Assembly (NCBI GenBank): GCA_964473825.1
Contig: CAYYQL010000024.1
Location: 1-37,429, forward strand
Length of the DNA stretch: 37,429 nucleotides
Direction of reading: 5' to 3'
Source of the DNA: an uncultured archaeon
GTDB lineage: Archaea; Asgardarchaeota; Thorarchaeia; Thorarchaeales; Thorarchaeaceae
Part shown: piece after piece, positions 8,012 through 17,645 of the stretch
Position numbering within the stretch: the first letter of the stretch is position 1
How the letters are laid out: each line of letters starts with the position of its first letter
Made by a program: the position numbers and the translations under genes
The notes under the pieces: model-generated
Databases searched by the model: none
The model's input: only the letters and a program-made list of their open reading frames with translations
What the model was told of the DNA's origin: nothing

Positions 8012-9925
8012 TCACCTCGCGGTACGCAAGAACACCCTAACACTGAGTCCTTTCTCTCGATGCCCCTCAATGCGGTCTTCCAGCTCAAGACGGCCGCCAT
8101 ATTTTCGTACAATCCGTCGAACGAGGTGCAGACCAACACCAGCGGAGCGTCTAGAGAGCCTGAAGAGGCGTTGTTTCTCCTTATCACTCATACCTGGTCC
8201 ATTGTCACTGAACCTGAGCTCGAAGAAATCACCATGGTCTTCTCCATGTATCCAGACTCTCTTGTCATCACTGGGATTGTGTTTGATGCTGTTCTCCATG
8301 AGATTCCAGAAGAGATGCCCAAGCGCACTGTCAGCCATCACCTTCACGCGGTCTGGAAGACCTGAGAACTCTGGCGTTACATTGTACTGGCTTGCGAACA
8401 GACGTGCTTGCGAACGCAACAGGCTCACTATCTCTGTTGGATGCAGCGGCTCGCTCTTAAATCTCTCTGCCTGCCTAATATTCTCAATAAGTTCAAGACA
8501 CCTGGTGGCCCCATCCAAGACATATTGCCGGGCATTCCTGATATGATCACTCAGGGAGTCATCATTGAGCAGGTCCGCACCCGCCACAATCAGCTGTAGC
8601 TGGTTCCCTATGTCGTGGAGCAATAAATCTAGGAGAAACTTCACCTCAGCCTCAGCATTCTTGAGTTCAGAGACGTCAGTAAAGACTGCAAAGCTGCCCT
8701 GATATTTTCCGTCAGATCCGAACACGGGTGACGCGTGAACAATTGCGGGGATTATATGACCATCTCGGTGTATCAGCTCGATTTCGTAATGGTCTGCCTC
8801 TCCTCTCCTGCGTTCTAGAATCTTTTCTTGGACTTCTTTTTCTGTCCATCCATAGGTCCACTTCGTTATAGACTCACCAATCAGGTCCTCCGGCTCGCTG
8901 TAGCCCAGCATCTTGCATAGCGCGTCATTAACAAGGAGCGTCTTGCCCTTATCATCATCGATGCAAAAGCCGGAGTCCATGGTTTCAAGGAGTGTGCGGT
9001 ATTTTTGTTCGCTCTCTCGTAATGCCCTGCGTGCTTCTTTCTCTTCAGTAATGTCTTGAATCTGTGCGACAGTCTTTACAGAGTTTTCTCCTGTCACCAT
9101 GACAGCACTGCTAATAACTACATCTCGAGATGTTCCATCACTGCGAAGGATTTTGAACTCGTATACACGAGGTACTTCTTCTCCTCTTTGACGTTTTATG
9201 TATCTCTCAGCAACCAGGCCTATGCTATCCGGGTGAAGAAACTCTCGAAAATCATGTCCGAGCACCTCACTACGAGTGAGTCCAAGCATATCAAGTAGTT
9301 TGTCGTTGGTATACTCGAATTGATAGTTATCATTGACCACGAAGATACCAGCAAAGCTTGAGTATTCTATGATGAACTGGAAGATACCCTCCCTCTCTTG
9401 GAACTTCTCCTCAATTGCCAACCGTCGAGTCATATCAAGAACATAGACGACGAAGCCAACCGGGTTTCCCTCTTCAAATACCAATTCAGCCCAGGATTCT
9501 GTGAGAATCTCGGCACCATCCTTTCGATTGACCTTCAGAGTGATTGGTGTGGGTTCTGCTCCTTCAAGAAGCGCCCTCAGACCTCTCTCCACGAGGCCCT
9601 TCTCTTCCGACGAAACTATGCTCTTGGCACTAATCCCATGTTCGAGATCAGAATCACCAATACAGAGGAGTTTCTTGGCGTTCTTGTTGGCATATATGAT
9701 TCTGTAATCGAGATCCAGTTCCACTATCGGTAGCAGAATACCTTCAACTGTGTTTCTGAAGAGAGTTCTGTTGGTCTGTTCAGCACCTTCTGATTTTGCT
9801 TGCCGGTTCATTTGTTCTAACCAACTTGAGATAGGTTCTCGACTCCACTTGCACATGCACTCCAGAATACACCGTTCTTGCTGTTGGTTCAACACTAATA
9901 TCTTTTCGTCATGTACTGTCAACAT
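8012..9925 (-). CDS. Cytoplasmic multi-PAS sensor histidine kinase
   Basis: Three PAS/PAC repeats (ending DMT, DIT, DVS), H-box LLHDIGNQLQ, N-box NLMENSIKHN, DNGPG and GVGL. Start uncertain. Confidence 0.9.
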   Translation of the reverse strand: MLTVHDEKILVLNQQQERCILECMCKWSREPISSWLEQMNRQAKSEGAEQTNRTLFRNTVEGILLPIVELDLDYRIIYANKNAKKLLCIGDSDLEHGISAKSIVSSEEKGLVERGLRALLEGAEPTPITLKVNRKDGAEILTESWAELVFEEGNPVGFVVYVLDMTRRLAIEEKFQEREGIFQFIIEYSSFAGIFVVNDNYQFEYTNDKLLDMLGLTRSEVLGHDFREFLHPDSIGLVAERYIKRQRGEEVPRVYEFKILRSDGTSRDVVISSAVMVTGENSVKTVAQIQDITEEKEARRALRESEQKYRTLLETMDSGFCIDDDKGKTLLVNDALCKMLGYSEPEDLIGESITKWTYGWTEKEVQEKILERRRGEADHYEIELIHRDGHIIPAIVHASPVFGSDGKYQGSFAVFTDVSELKNAEAEVKFLLDLLLHDIGNQLQLIVAGADLLNDDSLSDHIRNARQYVLDGATRCLELIENIRQAERFKSEPLHPTEIVSLLRSQARLFASQYNVTPEFSGLPDRVKVMADSALGHLFWNLMENSIKHNPSDDKRVWIHGEDHGDFFELRFSDNGPGMSDKEKQRLFRLSRRSAGVGLHLVRRIVRKYGGRLELEDRIEGHREKGLSVRVFLRTAR

Positions 9926-10101
9926 GAGTGGTGCATCCCTGAGCAGAACAGATATTGTCTAGGGAACAATCTATGGTCCTTCTCACATCAGCTTCTCAAG
10001 ATAGTGAATGCGTTGGCTAGACAATATGAACGTGTTTATTTGGAGTGTCTTATCTTTTCAGCATGGAAGATTCGGCATCAGGATAAGGGATCCCGCGGTC
10101 T

Positions 10102-10578
10102 CTAGCCACCTGGACTGCCTTTCCAAGGAGTATCTTTCCACATGATGTCCCATAACATGTCCTCAGTCAATGTTTCGGGCTCGACTATCATCTTATGAAG
10201 ATCTTTGAGCAATGCGTGATGTCGCAGCTCGTCTTCTCTGATAGTTAGGGCAATTGTTTTGACTTGCTTGTTATCACTGCCGTCTGCGAGTTGCTTGTAG
10301 GTGTCTATCGCATGCTGCTCCAGTTCTATGTGCTTCTCAATACCTCTCTTGATTTCATCTCTTTCGCCAGTGCTGATGAAGGGTGTAGGGCCTTTCACTG
10401 CTGTCCTGAGAGATTTCAGTAGTGCGGCATGTTTTTTCGAGTCTTGTGATATTGCAAGCAGCATATCCTTTACGAAATCGTTGCCCAATTTCGCTGTATT
10501 CTTTTCGATAATCTCGATAATCCTATTCTCAAGCTTTATCTGCTTGTCAATGAATTCCAGCGTCTCTTCCTTGTTCAT
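10102..10578 (-). CDS. Ferritin-like/rubrerythrin-type four-helix bundle protein
   Basis: Two internal repeats, IKLE...DSKKH and IELE...DELRH. Confidence 0.75.
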   Translation of the reverse strand: MNKEETLEFIDKQIKLENRIIEIIEKNTAKLGNDFVKDMLLAISQDSKKHAALLKSLRTAVKGPTPFISTGERDEIKRGIEKHIELEQHAIDTYKQLADGSDNKQVKTIALTIREDELRHHALLKDLHKMIVEPETLTEDMLWDIMWKDTPWKGSPGG

Positions 10579-10896
10579 TCGAACGAACTCCTCACAGGTC
10601 TTTGACTATTCTTATCCGTTATCTGCCCACTTAAGACTGTTCGCTAGCTTGCATCTAACAGCTCAGGTCTTGGTGGTCTTCAGAGATGATTTCTTGCCAA
10701 CCATTGTCAGTGTAATGCGAAGCAAGGCACGGGGTAGTATCTCCTCTTCAACACCCTCGATCTCGCCACCCTGTGTTCGAGATATGGCTCTATCCATGAC
10801 TGAAACCTCTTATCTTCTACCCATCGGTTTCTACCAGGTCGCAATGTATTTGAGTCATCAACGAATATTCTGCAATAAGAATCTTGAAGAAGTGGT

Positions 10897-11148
10897 GTGT
10901 CCAGCGTGGCAAAAGCAACTCTCTATATGGCTCCCAAATGTCCTCATTCTGCTCGGGTCAAGTCGTTCCTTGAAGCGGCCGGTCTCAAAGCTGAGGAGAA
11001 GTGTGTCCTTGATGGTGAACAGATTCTCCAAGAGATGATTGATGTCAGTGGTCAGAAGGCCATCCCTGTCACCGTCATCGGTGAAGATGTATTTGTCGGG
11101 TTTGATAGACGAATAGAACGGAGAATGAAGCGAAAAATGGAGGAATGA
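10897..11148 (+). CDS. Glutaredoxin/NrdH-like protein (CPHS)
   Basis: LYMAPKCPHS, SGQKAIPV and VGFD motifs; 3 nt upstream of trxB. Confidence 0.8.
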   Translation: MSSVAKATLYMAPKCPHSARVKSFLEAAGLKAEEKCVLDGEQILQEMIDVSGQKAIPVTVIGEDVFVGFDRRIERRMKRKMEE

Positions 11149-11151
11149 GTT

Positions 11152-12087
11152 ATGTACGATGTGGTTGTGATTGGTTCGGGTGTGACCGGCTATGCTGCTG
11201 CCATGTATGCTGCTCGCCTTGACCTGAGTGTCGTAGTTATAGGGAATGTTGAGGGAGGCACCATAACCGAAACCAACGAGGTCGCCAACTATCCTGGTTT
11301 CGTCATGCTGACGGGGACAGAGCTGGCAGAGAAACTCAAGCAACACGCCCTTGACTACCCGGTCGATCTCGAGACCGGCAATGTCACGAATGTGCTTCGT
11401 TGTGAACAGGATTGTTTCTATGTCGTGACGGATAAGAAGACATTCTTGGCAAAGTCCCTGATATTCGCGACAGGAATGCGGGAACGAGAGCTTGAGGTTC
11501 CCGGACACGACGAGCTTCGTAACCGGGGTGTGAGTTATTGTGCTCTATGTGATGCTCCACTCTTCAAAGACAAGACAGTGGCAGTTGTGGGCGGAAGCGA
11601 TGCGGCTGCGAAAGAGGCATTGCTGCTCGCCAAGTACTGTTCGAAGGTATATCTGATCTATCGCGGAAAGAAGATACGCCCTGAGCCAATCAACGCCGAG
11701 CGAGTGGAGAAAGACAGTCGAATAGAAGTCATCACCGAAACGAATGTCACTGAGATAGTGGGGGAGAACCGAGTCAAAGCCGTGAAGCTGGACCGACCTC
11801 ACAATGGGTCCGACACTCTTCCAGTCGACGGGGTGTTCATTGCCATTGGTGGCATTCCCCGATCTGATTTGGCCAAGAAACTGGGAGTTGAAAGGAATGA
11901 GAAAGGTGAGATTATCATTGATCGAAGCAGTCGTACGAACGTCGACGGCGTATTTGCGGCTGGGGACGTTGTCAACACTGAGTTCAAGCAGGCCATAACG
12001 GGAGTTGGCGAAGGAGTCCATGCTGCATATCAGGCCTACACGTATGTCAATGAGCACGATTTCGTGTTCACATGCCAACAAGAATAG
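11152..12087 (+). CDS. trxB: Thioredoxin-disulfide reductase
   Basis: VIGSGVTG, NYPG, RGVSYCALCD, VVGGSDAA and GVFAAGDV. Confidence 0.9.
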   Translation: MYDVVVIGSGVTGYAAAMYAARLDLSVVVIGNVEGGTITETNEVANYPGFVMLTGTELAEKLKQHALDYPVDLETGNVTNVLRCEQDCFYVVTDKKTFLAKSLIFATGMRERELEVPGHDELRNRGVSYCALCDAPLFKDKTVAVVGGSDAAAKEALLLAKYCSKVYLIYRGKKIRPEPINAERVEKDSRIEVITETNVTEIVGENRVKAVKLDRPHNGSDTLPVDGVFIAIGGIPRSDLAKKLGVERNEKGEIIIDRSSRTNVDGVFAAGDVVNTEFKQAITGVGEGVHAAYQAYTYVNEHDFVFTCQQE

Positions 12088-12110
12088 ACCTGTCTATGTG
12101 ACTTTTTCGT

Positions 12111-12755
12111 TCAGTCTATCGCATCATATAGCTTGTTGATGAACACCTCGGGAGTTGCCATTCCCTCGATGAAGGTTGTCTCATTCAACACAGTCTTGGG
12201 TACGCCGAAGACCTCGTATTCTTGGGCGAGCTCCTTGAACTCCAACGACTCTATCATGTCGGACCCGATGAGTGGATTGAGAATCGCAGCCTGATTCGCC
12301 ATGCGAACCATGTTGGGGCAATAGGGACACTGTGGCGTTGTGAAGACCTGAATACGAACTTCCCTGTCTATTGCTTGAATGTCCTCAACTATGTCTGGAG
12401 GGAGAGACGGAACGCCAGTTGAGGCATCCACAATTGTTCCTACCAAAGCCCCGAATTCGTGTCCAGCCGGAATACCATAGAACCGAATGTTGTATTTTTC
12501 TTCTCCATGCACTACAATAGCTGGGATGAATCGTACTTTGAGATTCTTGGCCAAAGAGTCGTCGAGTGACCCCATATGTATTTCAACACTGACCTTTTCT
12601 GATTGCTCTGCTATCTGCTTGGCGATTTCTTGAGTATCATTGCAGTACAGGCAATCGTGATCTTTCAGAAAGACATGAAGTGTGACATGATGCTCTAGGT
12701 CGAGAAACATCTCTTGCACTTGTTCTCTGGTTCCTTCATCCATCTCTACAACCAA
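12111..12755 (-). CDS. Protein disulfide oxidoreductase (PDO, AhpF-N-like, two thioredoxin folds)
   Basis: CLYC and CPYC motifs, RFYGIPAGHEF, VFGVPK. TTG start chosen from a GGAGGT RBS (alternative ATG 12743). Confidence 0.88.
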   Translation of the reverse strand: MVVEMDEGTREQVQEMFLDLEHHVTLHVFLKDHDCLYCNDTQEIAKQIAEQSEKVSVEIHMGSLDDSLAKNLKVRFIPAIVVHGEEKYNIRFYGIPAGHEFGALVGTIVDASTGVPSLPPDIVEDIQAIDREVRIQVFTTPQCPYCPNMVRMANQAAILNPLIGSDMIESLEFKELAQEYEVFGVPKTVLNETTFIEGMATPEVFINKLYDAID

Positions 12756-12838
12756 TTGGATACCTCCGTTTTCTTTCTCGTACACAGGGTGCTATATTGG
12801 CTTTGCTATTGCCAGTATCTCTGGCATGATTCTATGAC

Positions 12839-13912
12839 CTATTCCCATCGGATTCTGTTCTCTTCAATTAGCTCTCCGATGGCGAGTGGGAATTCATCTT
12901 GGTCCTTCAGGTCTTCGTCTGCAATGAGGTCAACATCTGCCGCGATTCCGAGGTCAACCAGCTCTTTGCATTGAAACAGGGGGCTCAGGTTCAGCTCATC
13001 GAACCGGTTCTCCTGAGGATGGTTGGAGAACAGGTAGACCTCTTCGAGATCAGTGCAATCGGCCAGAGGACTCAGATCAATGTCGGTAAGTTGATTGCCT
13101 GCAATGTCGAGGACCCTCAGTTCCTTGCAGTTCGCCAGAGAGCTTAGATCCAGTTCGCTGATACCGTTCATAGCCAAACCGATACGCTTGAGGGATTTAC
13201 ATTCACTAAGGGGCCTTAGATCGATTCCCTCTAGGTCGTTGCTTCCTAAGCGCAAGATTGTCAGCTCTGGACAGTTTGCCAGTGCGTCCAGCTCGATGCC
13301 CTGCAGTTCATTGTGATGAAGATAGAGGAATCTCAACCGCTTGCAATTACTAAGAGGCGTTAGATCGAGACGAATCAGTTGATTGTACATGAGATTGAGC
13401 TGCTCAAGATTCGTGCAATGAGACAGAGGGCTTAGATCGATGGCGGCAATTTCATTATTCTGGAGGTCAAGATCTTGGAATCCCGAGATACTCTCAAGAA
13501 AATCCAGATTCACTTCGGTAAGCAAGTTATTGAAGAGTCGTAACCTAGTCAACGAGCTACACGCTGCGAGTGGAGTGAAGTCGAGTTTCGTGAGCTTATT
13601 CCCTCCGAAACTGATTTCTCCTAGGTTGTTCAGATACGCTAGGGCGCTAAGGTCTAGTTCCTTCAGTTCGTTACGTGATAGTTCGAGGAGCCGGAGATTA
13701 ACGCACTCAGACAGAGGGCTCAGATCTAGTTCGGCGAGCTTATTTCGTCGCAAAATCAACTCCTGGAGACTCTTTGCTCCTTTGAGAGGCTCAAGATCCA
13801 TCTCGGTCATGCCTCTTCCAGTCAAATCAAGTCTGCTCCCCTCTGGTTCTAGGCGTTCTCGTGAAACAGACCCTGCTTTCGTCTTGAACTCGAGTTCGAT
13901 TGAATCTTTCAT
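12839..13912 (-). CDS. Leucine-rich repeat protein
   Basis: About 12 tandem 24-aa repeats, consensus LxxLxLxxNxLxxIDLSPLxxCx. Confidence 0.92.
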   Translation of the reverse strand: MKDSIELEFKTKAGSVSRERLEPEGSRLDLTGRGMTEMDLEPLKGAKSLQELILRRNKLAELDLSPLSECVNLRLLELSRNELKELDLSALAYLNNLGEISFGGNKLTKLDFTPLAACSSLTRLRLFNNLLTEVNLDFLESISGFQDLDLQNNEIAAIDLSPLSHCTNLEQLNLMYNQLIRLDLTPLSNCKRLRFLYLHHNELQGIELDALANCPELTILRLGSNDLEGIDLRPLSECKSLKRIGLAMNGISELDLSSLANCKELRVLDIAGNQLTDIDLSPLADCTDLEEVYLFSNHPQENRFDELNLSPLFQCKELVDLGIAADVDLIADEDLKDQDEFPLAIGELIEENRIRWE

Positions 13913-14059
13913 CCCGTGGACACCTCGAATCTAGTTACAAGATGCGGTCGGGCATTGTGTTATGAATGTTGTTGACCGTAAGCCCAACGTGGCCGCACGG
14001 GATTCTTTTTAATACACAGTTTCAGACAAATAGTGATTCAGTCTTGGATGTGTTTTGGA

Positions 14060-14419
14060 ATGACCACTCTGGGGATTCTTCTACTGACCGGTCCTTACAC
14101 TTATCAGAATAGTGAAACTCTCTATGAGCTAGCCAAGTCGGCCTTGGGCAAGGGGTATCAAGTGAGAGTCTTCCTCTTTGTGGACGCAGTCTTTAACGCG
14201 AAAAAGGGGCAAGATGTCGAACCTGAAGTCCCTCTGAGTGTCCGTTTCCAGGAGCTCGCGGATTTAGGCGTAGTCTTTCAGGCGTGTGGATTGTGCACTG
14301 CTGCACGGGGATTTGATCAACTAGGGACGGACTTCATTGAGGGTGTTGAGGTAACGGGACTCACGGAGCTCGCAGAGATAGTAGGCGAATCAGATCGATT
14401 CGTGACACTTGGATTATAG
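14060..14419 (+). CDS. dsrE: DsrE/TusD-family sulfur relay protein
   Basis: LLLTGPY, VFLFVDAV, ACGLCTAARG, GLTELAE..SDR. Confidence 0.85.
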   Translation: MTTLGILLLTGPYTYQNSETLYELAKSALGKGYQVRVFLFVDAVFNAKKGQDVEPEVPLSVRFQELADLGVVFQACGLCTAARGFDQLGTDFIEGVEVTGLTELAEIVGESDRFVTLGL

Positions 14420-14427
14420 GAGGCAGT

Positions 14428-14781
14428 TTGTTGGAGTTCAATGAAAAGAAGGTATTGATTCTTATTCGAAGGCGGCCGTTCGGCACGGTCATCAATTTCG
14501 AAGGTTGGAGAGCTGCGGTTGGCATGTTCGGTATGGATCATAGCCCAACTATTCTCCTTGTTGATGATGGGGTATATGCCGCATTGAAATCGATGGACCA
14601 GAAACCCATCAGGCTGTTCAAATCCACCTACGACAGCTTCGGCGGAAAGACATGTGTTAGCAAGGCATCAATGGATGAACGTTCAATCAGCGAAGACGAG
14701 CTTCACGAGGGAATGGATATTCTTGATTCTGATGCTGTGGGCCGAGCATTTGAGGAGAACGACATTGTACTGACATTCTAA
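14428..14781 (+). CDS. dsrF: DsrF/TusC-family protein
   Basis: RRRPFGT...EG, DDGVY, SMDERSI; GGAGG RBS before TTG. Confidence 0.75.
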   Translation: MLEFNEKKVLILIRRRPFGTVINFEGWRAAVGMFGMDHSPTILLVDDGVYAALKSMDQKPIRLFKSTYDSFGGKTCVSKASMDERSISEDELHEGMDILDSDAVGRAFEENDIVLTF

Positions 14782-14794
14782 GGAGGCTAGTAGA

Positions 14795-15094
14795 TTGAGA
14801 TTCCTGATTTGGGTATCATCGGAATGCACAAGCTCAGATGAGATTGTGAATTCTTTGCGTTCTAGGGGAAATGAAGTCAGTGCACTTCTGATTCAAGATG
14901 GAGTCTTCCTTGCAGATCGGGGATGTGTCCACTCAAGAAATCTGGCTGAGCTTGGCATTCCTGTCTATGTCAGCAAGCCTCATGCTGAGGAGCGCGGGGT
15001 TCTATCACGGATGATTTCCGGTGTTGTTTTGGTCGAGTACGAAAAGATTGTGGACCTTCTCATGGAGGAACACGATAAAATCATCAGCATGTAA
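14795..15094 (+). CDS. dsrH: DsrH/TusB-family protein
   Basis: LLIQDGVF, VYV...AEERG, VEYEKIVDL; third gene of the triad; AGGAGG RBS. Confidence 0.8.
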   Translation: MRFLIWVSSECTSSDEIVNSLRSRGNEVSALLIQDGVFLADRGCVHSRNLAELGIPVYVSKPHAEERGVLSRMISGVVLVEYEKIVDLLMEEHDKIISM

Positions 15095-15130
15095 GCATCA
15101 GCTGAGTGCTTTGTCTTTGAAGGTCTTCTG

Positions 15131-15538
15131 TTATGCAGATTGAGCCGGGACAATCATCACTTGTCCGAGCAGGTCACCCCTGAGAACAGCTGAACGAATC
15201 CTCGACTGAAACATGGCTTTCACTGCAGTCTTCTTCTCATCCAAGCGGCCGAACTCCATTGATCCGATGCAGTAGAGATGTCCCATGCCATTGACCCCCC
15301 AGAAAGAGTTCAGGACTATCGCATTTGCAGGAACCTCAATCGGACGGATATCCAAGAGTTTCACTTCTCCTGCCTCGAAGTTTGTTTTGTCAGTCGCAAC
15401 AACTGGGACCAGTCTTACTCCGTTCCAATCGAGCTTCAGCTCTCTTGCGTCAAGGCCATCTACCGCAGTCCTCACACGATCCAGTCCTATGGACGTAAGA
15501 TCCTGTGTACATGAAATGACGTATATCTTGTCGGTCAT
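15131..15538 (-). CDS. DUF22-like protein
   Basis: AGEVKLLDIRPIEVPANAIV...GH...RGDLLG resembles archaeal DUF22 as recalled from memory. Confidence 0.55.
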   Translation of the reverse strand: MTDKIYVISCTQDLTSIGLDRVRTAVDGLDARELKLDWNGVRLVPVVATDKTNFEAGEVKLLDIRPIEVPANAIVLNSFWGVNGMGHLYCIGSMEFGRLDEKKTAVKAMFQSRIRSAVLRGDLLGQVMIVPAQSA

Positions 15539-15735
15539 GAGTTGGTTCTCCGCTGGACTTGAACAGGTTCGTGTAAACTGGTATGTTTTGGCTTAAGTAG
15601 TTAGTCGTTTTCTGCAGAGCGATTCGTTGATTGCCCGATTATTCAGCTTACTTGAGCCCTTATGTCGTGACAGAGAAGGATTTACATTCTGTTTGAAAGA
15701 GCCTTTTGTTAGCGAAGAAGAATTTGGTGACAGTG

Positions 15736-16566
15736 ATGGACACAGATGAGGTACTCAATTTGGCTTTGGAGATGGCTGAACTCGAAGAGGTTCCGGGGGA
15801 CACTGCAATCCATGTTCCTGGAGAAAACCTGAAGCGTGCTCTTTTCGGGATAGACATGGCAACTGCAGAACTGCTTCTCGCTAAGCAACTTGGCTATGAC
15901 CTCGTTATAGCCCATCATCCCCCTGGTGGTCGTTCCAGGATTCACTTCGAAGAGGTTGTGCCGCGTCAGATCCATCAGATGATAGAACAAGGAGTTCCCC
16001 CGCACATAGCTGAGAAGGCCATTCAACCAAGGCTAGAACTTGTGAAGGTGGGTTCACACGTCAGCAACTATGACCGTGTCGTTTCTGCAGCCAGACTTCT
16101 CGATATGCCTTTCATGAACATACATCTTCCTTTGGATATCATCTGTCGGAGACGGTTCAGCGATGCTATTGCAGGAGTCGACAAGGGGATGGAGTGTCCG
16201 AAGGTCGGTGATGCCCTTGATGCCATGATGGAGCTACCAGAAATGCAGTTGGGTATGACTGAGCCTGAAGTATATGTCGGGTCTCCTGATAACCTTCTAG
16301 GGCGGTGGGTAGTGGCCATGGCTGGAGGGACAAATGGTGGTGCTGACGTTGCCAGGGCATATTTCGACCATGGCGTGTCTACTGTCATCTACATGCATCT
16401 CAGCTCCTCGGACAAGCAGAAACTGAAGGAATACAGTGGAGCTGGCAATCTTGTTGCCACAGGTCACATGGCCTCGGACTCTGTTGGTATTGCGCCGTTT
16501 GTGAAAGCGCTGAGAAAGAGGGGTCTTGAAGTCACACCCATGAGTGGCGTTTTCGTTCCGGAGTAA
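15736..16566 (+). CDS. NIF3-like dinuclear metal-centre protein
   Basis: ALFGID, VIAHHP, MNIHLPLD and TGHMASDSVG metal-ligand motifs. Confidence 0.75.
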   Translation: MDTDEVLNLALEMAELEEVPGDTAIHVPGENLKRALFGIDMATAELLLAKQLGYDLVIAHHPPGGRSRIHFEEVVPRQIHQMIEQGVPPHIAEKAIQPRLELVKVGSHVSNYDRVVSAARLLDMPFMNIHLPLDIICRRRFSDAIAGVDKGMECPKVGDALDAMMELPEMQLGMTEPEVYVGSPDNLLGRWVVAMAGGTNGGADVARAYFDHGVSTVIYMHLSSSDKQKLKEYSGAGNLVATGHMASDSVGIAPFVKALRKRGLEVTPMSGVFVPE

Positions 16567-16595
16567 GAGCATTTTAACACCTGTGGCGTGAGGTC

Positions 16596-17483
16596 TCAGA
16601 GCCCTCTTGCATAGCTTGGTCTGAGAAGTTGGTCATCCCTTGATTCTATTGCATTGTCCAAGGTCTGTAGCACCTTGGGCTTGTCTCTATTGAGAGTTCC
16701 ACGAACGGGTAGGTAGTTCGATGCATGATTGGTTCTGAAGATACACTCTGACAGCTCGAAGTTAGCGACTAAGACTCTGAGTTCCTTCAATATATCAAAA
16801 GGCTTCATCGGCTGGAACTCGCCTCTTTCCATCAGCTTATGCAATGGCGTTCCTTGTGGTATCATCAGTGTCAAGGCGCCGATGAACTCGGGATCAATTC
16901 GGTTCAGAGCATCTGCGGTGCAAACTGCGTGTTGTGATGATTTATCGGTTCCACCCATTCCAAGAATGACAGTAATCGAGAGAGGGATACCAGCATTTCT
17001 GATTTTGAGAGATGCCTCGACATTCTCTTGTGTAGTCACTCCCTTCCTAGCCCATCTGAGGAGTTCATCATCTCCTGTTTCGAGACCCAAGTACACTATT
17101 CCGAGTCCTGCATCCCGAAGATTCTCGAGGTCCTGCTGTGACTTGTTGCGAACATCCTTCGCGTATCCATAGGTCCCGACTCTCTCAAGCGCAGGAAGTT
17201 CGCGCTTCAAAGCTGCAAGGACTTGGAGCATTTCCTCAGAATCCATGGCGAGAGCATTTCCATCGGCTAGGAACACCCTTCTTGTTCTATTCTTGATACT
17301 CTCTGGGAGAGATTCAAGATCCTTCTCAATACCCTTTGTTCCTCTAACTCGGTAGGTCTTGTTCTTGTATGAAACACAGAATGTGCATGCATTGTGAGAG
17401 CATCCCACTGTCGCTTGGAGAATGAGACTTCTTGCTTCGCTCGGTGGTCGCCAGATGCTTCCTTCGTAGTTCAGGAACGTCAT
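16596..17483 (-). CDS. Radical SAM protein
   Basis: CSHNACTFC (CxxxCxxC), RPPSEA, FLADGNAL, YLGLETG, FRTNHASNY. Confidence 0.9.
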   Translation of the reverse strand: MTFLNYEGSIWRPPSEARSLILQATVGCSHNACTFCVSYKNKTYRVRGTKGIEKDLESLPESIKNRTRRVFLADGNALAMDSEEMLQVLAALKRELPALERVGTYGYAKDVRNKSQQDLENLRDAGLGIVYLGLETGDDELLRWARKGVTTQENVEASLKIRNAGIPLSITVILGMGGTDKSSQHAVCTADALNRIDPEFIGALTLMIPQGTPLHKLMERGEFQPMKPFDILKELRVLVANFELSECIFRTNHASNYLPVRGTLNRDKPKVLQTLDNAIESRDDQLLRPSYARGL

Positions 17484-17645
17484 GGGTGATTCCAAGAAGA
17501 CCTGTGCAATGCCATTTTTGTACGTTGCTCTCTCACCATTGAAGATGTATCAATACTACGAACTCCAGCCAAGAGCAATGGCAAAGGTGAAATGGATCTT
17601 GGTTCGATATCACAGACTCTTTTTAGTGGAGAAGCGTAGGAAGAC

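Noticed and set aside
7944-8546. 200-aa + strand ORF overlapping the GTPase stop (GTGA), a possible sixth operon gene
   Set aside because: Lies antisense to the kinase catalytic domain and has an S/R-rich, non-protein-like composition.
10663-10797. 44-aa minus-strand ORF (MDRAISRTQGGEIEG...) with an upstream GAGGT
   Set aside because: It fills an intergenic gap and could be real, but has no recognisable motif; insufficient support.
10301-11508. 245-aa (+) and 216-aa (-) ORFs
   Set aside because: They overlap well-supported ferritin-like, Grx and trxB genes in other frames or strands.
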